Source: Antedon mediterranea
Taxonomy: Eukaryota; Animalia; Echinodermata
Length of the DNA: 64,000 nt
Assembly (NCBI RefSeq): GCF_964355755.1
Contig: NC_092677.1
Span: 10,624,101-10,688,100 of the forward strand
Direction: 5' to 3'
Shown: positions 55,401 to 64,000 of the stretch, one piece after another
How the letters are laid out: every line of letters begins with the position of its first letter
Numbering within the stretch: position 1 is the first letter of the stretch
Made by a program: the position numbers and the translations under genes
The notes under the pieces: generated by a model
Seen by the model: the letters and a program-made list of their open reading frames with translations, nothing else
Database searches by the model: none
Told to the model about the DNA's origin: nothing

Positions 55401-55898
55401 TTGAGCATTGTTCAGATCCAGTGACTTCGTAGGTTACTACAACCTTAAATTAATTTAAATAATTGTTTATATTTATTTATAATAGCCAGGCCCAACAAGA
55501 TGGCCCAGCCAGTACAGAGTAATAGTATCGGCCTAATGGGCCTATAACACAGATTGTTAAACAATATTATAATAAACATTTAAATTTTTCTTGTCTTTGA
55601 ATAAAAAGAGTCTTGTATTCGTGAAAAATAACTGACGCTATACCTACACAAATCAAAATAGCTAGGCCTGCAAAATGGAATAATTAGACGGGTCAAAACA
55701 AAAATCTACCGGGTCGGTTTCCGGGAGGATGAAGGTAGCTGGAACGGTAAGCAGGCCTACGTGAAACAACATAGATGTCAGAACAATAAAAACTGACTCG
55801 GTATCTACAGATTTATTTTTACTAATTTTCAAAATACTTACAAGTGAAAAAACTAAAAATTGTAATGTGTTTGAGGAGAGAAAATGGTAACAAAACAT
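52463..55898 (-). CDS. Single-pass membrane protein with signal peptide, Cys-rich ectodomain and one C2H2 motif (~277 aa, 8 exons)
   Basis: Exons 55842-55898, 55363-55443, 54909-55118, 54232-54369, 53772-53832, 53549-53616, 52955-53049, 52463-52586 join in frame. Motifs CSRHKSRTAR, WVCNICGKIFVSEYHIDLHMTNRH, CLADSCDILRC; TM segment VYIILIVVLGTALVLYYTVAII. An in-frame upstream ATG exists at 55961. Confidence 0.85.
54420..54870. repeat. Intronic tandem repeat (~80-120-bp units)
   Basis: Recurrent cagggtgggattatatacgaggaccac motif, five occurrences. Confidence 0.85.
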
Positions 55899-56504
55899 TC
55901 TGTTGACATTTTTCGGCAGGTCTGACTGACGAACAATACCAGGAGAGAGGGCGCCAGACATATAAATATTTACAATTAATCGAAATTTGGTTTAGCCTAT
56001 ATTATCTGTTCAGTTACTAGTCATTTCGGCATTAAAAGTTGCAGCAATGTAGACATATTCAGTAACTAAACATTAGGCTATATCAGCATCAGGGCGCAAA
56101 GTTAATATTTTGCTGGTTTTTGTGTCAAGAAATTCGGAGGTATATTCAGAGGGTCATTTCGACGATCAAGCATTCTCTACTTCTACGGAGCGCCATTTAT
56201 GCCTTTATTTACTTCCGAAATAGAAATATACTACGGTAATTAACAACAGAGTAGCACAGTGATATAAAATAGAAATAAGTCACTAATTTTAATATCTTTT
56301 CGTATGTTAATACACTGTGCTCAAGTGGACCCAACTTGGAGCCAGTGGAGCACAGTGATATAAAATAGAAATAAGTCACTGAATTTTAATGTATTTTCGT
56401 ATTAAGCATATTTGAATACCTACCGGTATGGTACCATACATATTCGACAATACAGTGTCACATATCTCTATTAAAAAAAAAAAAACAATATTAAAAAAAA
56501 AAAA

Positions 56505-56576
56505 TATCTGTCGAGGTTCGAACCCCAGCCGATGGCACTCAAAATTGAGCATTACCCGTTACGCCACCAAGTACAT
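56505..56576 (-). pseudogene. Degenerate tRNA-like Pol III unit
   Basis: Minus strand: A-box TGGCGTAACGG, B-box GGTTCGAAC with T-stem, followed by long T runs; cloverleaf incomplete. Confidence 0.5.
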
Positions 56577-56668
56577 GACTGAAAAGCTGATAATAGTCTA
56601 TTTATACGTGCATTACGTAATTGATCATTACGTCATAAATATCCTATTAACCTTGCTAAAATCAAAAT

Positions 56669-56741
56669 GATCAGTTAGCTCAGTCGTCTGAGCGTCGTGT
56701 TAACAACACGTATGTCATGGGTTCGATTCCCACGCTGGTCG
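56669..56741 (+). tRNA. tRNA-like cloverleaf (tRNA-Ile-type body, anticodon AAC); probable SINE head or pseudogene
   Basis: Acceptor GATCAGT/GCTGGTC, D-stem GCTC/GAGC, anticodon stem CGTG/CACG with loop TTAACAA, T-arm TGGG-TTCGATT-CCCA. D-loop lacks the invariant GG. Confidence 0.6.
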
Positions 56742-58204
56742 GTGGAATAGAGTTAAGGCTATGCGAGCCACTGTGTTTGGGGTTCACAGATCATACGTCC
56801 CCCTTTCCACCACACATCATGAGGCGACAACATCAATGCATCTGGTGATGTGGTGGAAACGACCCCAAAAGGCTGTGGCAGGGCCTTAGTGCTGAGGCAG
56901 GGAGAGCACATTTACCATCTTTTTTTTTTGGCTCTCGCTAACTGCTTTGGTGGTTTAAATTTATGTTTAGCGCCCTCAATTTATTTTAATGTAAAAAAAG
57001 GGAATTAATTCTCTTCGTTACGTGTTAAGAGAATTAATTTTATCTCATCGTAGTTTGGTATGCCGTGCGTTTGTTATGCAAATGAGTGTGCACATGTGCT
57101 GTGGGAAAGATGGTATTGTTAGTCATTCGCGATCAACACACAACACTGTTCAATTTTTATTTTTTAATCTTTTACATTAGAATTGTAATTCTACCGTTAC
57201 ACATTATAGTGTACTTTTAAATATCCGTTTCATGCAAGATATTGTATTGTAGGCCTACTAATATGTTGTGAATAACAGTTTATGGTAGAATAAATAAATA
57301 AATATGTTTTAAGCAGATCTTCGAAATTGAAGCATATATGAAGTTAAGTTTTTTTTAAACCCAACCTAAAATTCGCATCTGGATAGTTGAAATTTAACGT
57401 TATAATTATCAAAGGTGATATGATAAATCTAATTGTTTTCTAAATTATAGAAATATTAAAATTAGTAAGTAGGCTTTTGTGTGCTAGCTCAGCCCCAAGC
57501 ATGGTGGGGTACTGAAGATTCTTCTGCATGTTGTTTGAAAACATATTAGATGTCATTTTTGGGTACCTTGTAGCTCTATTTTAAACAGTTTGGTATGTGC
57601 GTGCGTTGTTATGCAAATGAGTCTGTGCAGGTGTATTATGTTAAAGATGGTACATAGTATGTTAGTCATTCGCGGTCAACACACCACACTGTTAAATTTT
57701 GATGCTGTTAATTATTTACATTAGAAGATTTTTCAAATCATGTAAATAAAATATTTTCCGGGCGGGAAGCTAGCAGTTCCCCTCGTTTAGTTTGCAAAAG
57801 TAATCTCGAAAGGAACTCCATGTGGAAAAGAAGCCCACCCATGAGTACTAAAAATGAAGAAGCACTTCTTTTCGAGGTTTTATGGCAGTCTATTTAATGG
57901 AAAATAATGCCATGCAACTTTGTTTCTGATTTAAAAAAAGTTCCACTTGACATTTACAATCCTAAAAATATCTCTCTTTCAAAATAAAAGAAAAACAATA
58001 TTCATTATTTTCCATTAAAAAAAATCCACTGGCGCCAAATTGGGTCCACTTGAGCACAGTGTATTAAAATACGAAAAGATTGAAACTTGAGTGACTTTAT
58101 TTTTATTTTATATCACGGCTCCCCTGGTACCAAATTGTGTCCACTTGAGCACAGTGTTTTATACGAAAATTTATTAAAATTTAGTGACTTTATTTCTATT
58201 TTAT

Positions 58205-58860
58205 TTTTTTTATTAAACCTTATTTTGTGAGGGTGACCCTAAACAGCATATGCAGACAGTCAAAAACATATATGAAAAAACGGATGAACTATGTTCAAAA
58301 AATATAAAAATATATAATATATATGTACTTAAATACTAAAATATAGCCTACAATACTATACAAAACGTTGATTTTTTTCTTTTGGGATTAAATATTTTTT
58401 TAGAGTAGACTTAAAATTATTTATTGTTACCGCATTTCTTAGTTTGGTGGGTAGCAAATTCAAGTATGTTCTGGTGCTCAATATGAAGACAAATTTCCTC
58501 TCACTGACACTTTGGGTACATCGACGATTTGGAATTCTGGCAAGACGCAGGGCAAGGTATTCTGGAGCAAGTCATTTGCAGACCTGTAGGCAAGGCAGCC
58601 CAGTTGTAGATGCATGCGATCTTGGACTGTATGAAGATTTAAGGTGTTGTAAATGTTAGTTCGTGGTGTGAGAGGATGAGCTTTAAGGATAATGCGAAGT
58701 GCTCTATTTTGAATGGTCTGTATTCGGTCAATATTCGATCTGATACCCCAAACACTACATCAATAGTCAATGTGTGGGAGGATTATAGTGTTATAGAGGA
58801 GTATGGATGTGTGTTTATTAATGAAATGACCGAGCACGCGATAAGATGGAGATGGACAAG
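58205..58860 (-). mobile_element. CR1/L2-type LINE 3' fragment nested in the long-TIR element
   Basis: Minus-strand LLYNTIILPHIDY*CSVWG...IQTIQNRALRIIL; 3' tail gagggtgaccctaaacagc-tatgc also found at ~3320-3350. Confidence 0.75.
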
Positions 58861-59625
58861 CCCAGTTTGGAACGGAGTTTATTTACATGAAAAGAAAAAG
58901 ATAAATTTGAATCAATGTGAATGCGAAGATGTTTCTGTTTGTCAGTTTGTGGTATGGGTATATACGAAACGATATTAAAGGTAGTGACTTTTATTTCTAT
59001 ATCACTGTGCTACCCTGGTGCGAAATTGGGTCCACTTGAGCAGTTACCGTAGTACTATTTCTATTATTGAAGTTAATAAAGGCATAAATGGCGCTCCGTA
59101 GAGAAGTAGAGAATGCTCCAGTCGTCAGAATGACGCTCTGAATATACCTCGAAATTCGAGAGAAATTCATGAATGAGTGTTTTTTCGGTCTGCCGCCCTC
59201 TTTCGGATTCTACCACATTCTTTTCCTATCTTTCAGAAATTCAGAATTCCGAAGTATGGCGAAAGACAGTGATCTGGTAATGTTTTTTTCGTGAATTGTT
59301 TTGATTATAAATCAACTTTTCAGAGACACTGACATATTTTGTTTTGAACTATGAACCATTCAAATATAAACAGTGTAATAATGAACGTAATTTTTAACTG
59401 TTTTCATGGCTAATTTCTACCAGAAAGATCACGATTTTGTTAAGTTCATTCTTAAAGACTGAACGAGTCATTGAGCAGTGTCTGTTGAAGAATTTATGAC
59501 CGTCTGAATGCGGTTTTAGAACCTGTTTAATTTATTTACATTCAGAATGCATTGGCTAAGTAGGAGTGGTAGTGTATATAAGATAGATGCACTAGAATTA
59601 AGCATAGGATCAATGCTGAGCCACA

Positions 59626-62600
59626 ATGGAGTATAGCAGTGACTTTCGCAAACAGTTGTGTACTGCCTCGGAGCAGGGTGACTTATCAGCGGTACAAACA
59701 TTACTACAACACAATGACATCAAAGTTGATTGCGTTGACGGAGAATCCGGTATCACACCTCTCCAGTTAGCAGCAGCTAACGGACACGAGGATGTCGTCC
59801 GCCAACTTATCATGGGCGGAGCGGCACTTGACTGCAAGAACTTTTATGGTTGGACAGCCTTGATGCAGGCTGCTAGTTACGGTCACGATAAAGTTGTCGC
59901 ATTATTATTGCAAAATAAAGCAGATTTTAAATTAAAGAACAACCTTGGCGCGTCGGCCTTAACTGTAGCGGCGCGCTTTGGACATACCGCGGTTGTTAAA
60001 AGGTTACTTGACACAGGGATTGATGTTAATGATGGCACAAGTAATATCAACCAAGGATTTTACTCAAAAGGGATTGGTGCGACTCCGTTGATAGTAGCTT
60101 CTCAATTTGGACATGACGCCATAATGAGAGCGCTATTAGATCGCGGTTCAAATCCAAAACATAAGAACGAAACAACAGGGTGGAATGCGCTCATGTTTGC
60201 TGCTCTGAATGGACATATGACATCAGCGCAGATTCTAGTCGATCGAGGCTGTGATCCAAACGAGACTAATTACATCGGTAAAACTGCTTACGAGGTTGCA
60301 ATGTGTGCTGGTAAGCGAGAAGCTGCAGGCTATTTAGATAGGAAAACAACAACAAGACCAAAAATAGGTAGGATAATTATCAGTACATTTTTATAACTAT
60401 CATGGGGAGCACTAACTATAATATTAATTTTAGTCTGCAAAAAATATATAAAAGGAGTTTATAATGTAATTTTAGCTATCAAAATTTATTGAAGTTTTGT
60501 TAACAAAACTAATTTTGTACTGCATTGTTTCTGACATGGCTATAACAATATGTTGTTTATTTTATATATAAAATTCATATAATACTAAATAAATCTTATG
60601 CTTAATTTGAGATGTAAGCAGCGCAGTTTAAAATTGCGCAATTTGAAGTGTATGCAGCTCAGTTTTTTTGCGCATTTATTACATTTCTTGGTCACCACAG
60701 CTGGTAAATAAGTTTATTTCACCAAGGCAAATTCTAGTGCGAACGAGGCGTAAGTATATTTGAATGCTGCCATCTGTTGAGCCTGTGGAGTGTGGGATTG
60801 ACTAGCAGAAAGCAACATCTGTTGTATTACTGCTAATAAACTACATGCTTGATTAACCTTACTATTGTCTACTTTTGTGTATTCGCAATCGTATCAATAT
60901 TATAAGAAGTTCAACAGTCTCAAGCATATATTTGTTGTTTGAATATATTTTTAGTTTACAGGTGTTGTATAGTATTTAGAAATTCAGTGCCAACTTTAAA
61001 AAAACTCAATTTTCTTTTTTGGTGCAGTGCATCACCCCTATTTAGGGGATAACCTTCTTAAAAGAACTTTGCAAAATTCCTGTGAAAACGAATAGGGGTA
61101 AATGTGGTACTAGATGTTTAACATGCTACAGCCAACCCCAATTCAGGAGACACCTCTATTAAGGGGACACTTTGTAGTGTCCAGAATGTTTCCCCCTAAA
61201 AGGGGTTGATTCTACTAAATTCTAACCGAAAGAAACTGTTTAAGAAATGTTAAAAGATAGTATAGATATTTTATTGAAATTATTAAATGCTACTGTCGAC
61301 ACTATCAAACATTATGTGACAAAAAAAAATGATGGACATGATGATGTCATATCACTAACATATTTGGGCACATCACTACCATATTAGGGCACATCACTAC
61401 CATATTAGGGCACATCACTACCATATTAGGGCACATCACTACCATATTAGGGTACATCACTACCATATTAGGGCACATCACTACCATATTAGGGCACATC
61501 ACTACCATATTAGGGCACATCACACTAGTTTGATAGTGTATTTTAGTGCTAGTATGTATTTACGCTCTGTATAGTAAATTGCAATCAGATCTTTGAGTTT
61601 GTTGTATAGTATAGTCATTGTATTCTTCTTTGTTATGATATAAAAGGTGTACAAAGGAATTCATTTTCTTGCATTGTTTGTTAATAATCTTAAGATCCCA
61701 TGTATAGACTCGCTTAAAAAATAAACAATATACTCTTTATGCTGAAGTACTACAATATATATTCAAAGTATGGATTTCTATTGTTGGCTTGGTTCAGATA
61801 AGAGAGATCAAGGCCTATCTCTATTATCTGATATCTGAGAGTGTATTGTGTTTATTTATTTAAGCACAGACGAATTAGTTTTACCAATTCCTCCATGATT
61901 TAAGAAAATAATGTATTGTAAAAAGAGACTTTTTTTCTGATAATGTAAGGAACTTAGGAAGTCTATATAGTATAAAAAATAACATAATAAATATTCAAAT
62001 TAAACTAAAAATCCATTGGCTGACAGCTTTAAATTACAGTTTTTCAGGTAAATAAATTTTGTTCCTAAGATCCAATTTTTATTCAAAATGGATAACTATT
62101 ATGTGACAATAAAATGGCTTATTTGACAACAAAACTTGTAAAAATTATTTTTTAGGGGACAATACATCTTTGAACGTTTTACACAAATATTAATACACAA
62201 ATGAGGCGATTGTACAAGGCAACTACTAACGAATCTGTAATCACAGATTGTATGCTACAGATGCTTGATTTCTCAACATCTTTAAGATACAGTGATTATT
62301 TTAAGCATGTACAGTATTGTTAATTTCCTGCATATATATACAACTTGCAACACATAACAAAATGAATATACTTAACAGAATATAAATTTAAACAAAGCTG
62401 AAATATGCTACCACAATACAATTAGTTCTACTGAAGACCTATTCATTTGTTGATGATGTCTTATATGAAGTACCTAACGGCACTGAAATAGGCCTACTAT
62501 TGGAACGCAGCAATTTAGGGTGGGAAAATCATAAGTCATTTTATAGACATTTACAAATCATTCAAGTTTTGTTTTGTTTGTTTCTTTTATTCTTGATACA

Positions 62601-63955
62601 GTGCCAACAACATCAAAACCAAAGATCATTGAAGCAGCAGAAACTGGTGACCTCAGACTGATAACACAGATCTTAGATGAAGACCCCACACAGGTCGATA
62701 CTGTGTCACCAGAGGGGGCAACGTCGCTTATGATAGCAGCTATGCTTGGGAGGATTGATATAGCTAAGATGTTACTACATCGTGGAGCAGATATTAACAA
62801 ACAGGATTCTAAGAATGGTTGGACTTCTCTTATGCAAGCCACATTTTTTAGGTAATTATATTACATAATATAAAATAATCATGAAGGTTTGAGTTTGGAG
62901 GAATGGATTGTAAATTTGTAATCAAATAATAATAATATCCCGGATTTATAAAGCGCCTGATGTTGCGAAACCTAAGCGCTGTACATATTACCCTGGACAT
63001 TTTTGGATCAAACGTGTATGGAAACATAGTCATACTCCATAATGCAGGTAGTAATCAGCGCAAACGTGTGTCTTGATCTAACCAGGTACCTATTTGTACA
63101 CTTGGGTGGAGAGAAGCAGCTTAGTAATCAGTGCAAACGTGTGTCTTGATCTAACCAGGTACCTATTTACACTTGGGTGGAGAGAAGCAGGTAGTAATCA
63201 GTGCAAACGTGTGTCTTGATCTAACCAGGTACCTATTTGTACACTTGGGTGGAGAGAAGCAAACATAAATAAAGTATCTTGCCCAAAGATACAAGCAATG
63301 CAACAGGAGTTTGATTCGAACCACACACCTTTACAATGATACAAAATCTTTTAAGCTACCTTACATTTTAATTAAAGGCACACAGAGTTTGTAAAATTTC
63401 TCTTGAATCAAAATGCCGATGCCAGCCTCAAGGCCCAAGATCGATGTACAGCCCTTGATCTGGTTATATGTTTGCGTAAGTATCTTATTGTTTTGTACAT
63501 GTTATTTTTTCCTCTGGTTAAACAGACATAGGGAACATACGCAAGGCCGTAATGAGAGGTTAAAAACAGACAAGGCAAATTTGCTTTAAATATAATAATC
63601 AATTATATAATATGATGATCTGTGCTGGAGAATTGGTGGTAAAAATTGAAAATGTCAGACTAGGCAAGCGCTTTGTGTGCATCATGCTAGCTACGGCCCT
63701 GATACAGTAACCTATAACCACATAACTATTCTCCAGCTTTTATATTGTATTCCTACGAAATGTTTAAATATAACTTGTTGTTTTTTTTCAGCTGATTCAG
63801 ACACTGAATTGACACGGATGTTGGCATCTGCAGCAATGCCTGTCCAGGGTTCTGCTGCCTCATCACGCTCTCCAAAAAACAACACTGGTTCGGGAACATG
63901 GCTTACAAAATCTGACAAGCCACTACCAGATGAGAAGCCAAAAGGAGGATTGAAG
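59626..63955 (+). CDS. ANKS6: Ankyrin repeat and SAM domain protein 6, 5' part (continues beyond the window)
   Basis: Exons 59626-60367, 62602-62851, 63378-63475, 63792-63955 with multiple ankyrin repeats. GATSLMIAAMLG...DINKQDSKNGWTSLMQATF...TALDLVICL.DSDTELTRMLAS matches recalled ANKS6. SAM domain not in the window. Confidence 0.85.
61365..61525. repeat. 21-bp tandem expansion inside a family-A MITE
   Basis: gggcacatcactaccatatta repeated ~7 times. Confidence 0.9.
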
Positions 63956-64000
63956 GTAGGCCTATTAGTTTTATGTTATCTAGTTTTCTAAGACCACCAT

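Larger units (their letters stand above)
56137..59150. mobile_element. 3014-bp non-autonomous long-TIR DNA transposon (Mutator/MULE-like) with cargo
   Basis: Ends gaggtatattcagag...gcattctctacttct...acggagcgccatttatgcctttatt with the inverse at 59045-59150; perfect 8-bp TSD GAAATTCG at 56129-56136 and 59151-59158; ~95-bp subterminal repeats on both arms. Confidence 0.88.

Noticed and set aside
55761-55841. Extension of exon 1 of the C2H2-motif gene to the donor at 55760
   Set aside because: The stronger GTAAGT donor at 55841 gives a clean signal peptide; the extension is possible but less parsimonious.
56795-56866. CTGGTGA...GAAAC with upstream GTC as a hammerhead ribozyme
   Set aside because: Stems I and II cannot form; the segment instead pairs as a long hairpin with tttccaccac.
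58444-58978. Plus-strand ORFs of 71 and 100 aa inside the long-TIR element as a transposase
   Set aside because: They are antisense to a decayed LINE fragment and show no DDE motif.

Overview
AT-rich eukaryotic genomic DNA with compact spliceosomal introns, probably from an invertebrate animal; an echinoderm is only a guess from sequence style. Manual exon assembly gives seven intron-containing protein genes: MROH1 (+, ~35 exons, ~1640 aa, 5' end possibly outside the window), a C18orf63/DUF4708-like gene (-), EIF6 (-, 245 aa), CFAP418/C8orf37 (+), an unnamed single beta-trefoil-like protein (-), a membrane-anchored C2H2-motif protein (-), and the 5' part of ANKS6 (+). Non-coding DNA is rich in non-autonomous transposons: nested Helentron-like elements, Harbinger- and Tc1/pogo-type MITEs, a 5-bp-TSD element, tRNA-derived SINEs and CR1/L2-type LINE ends, plus satellites. 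Most notable: (i) a 3.0-kb long-TIR element with a perfect 8-bp TSD in a bidirectional promoter, carrying two back-to-back Pol III tRNA-like units, one with an intact cloverleaf, an apparently shifted anticodon and a structured tail; (ii) U12-type introns in two adjacent genes; (iii) a degenerate hammerhead-ribozyme-like motif; (iv) ~4.5 kb of two abutting satellites in one intron. Gene names come from recalled sequence similarity, not database searches.
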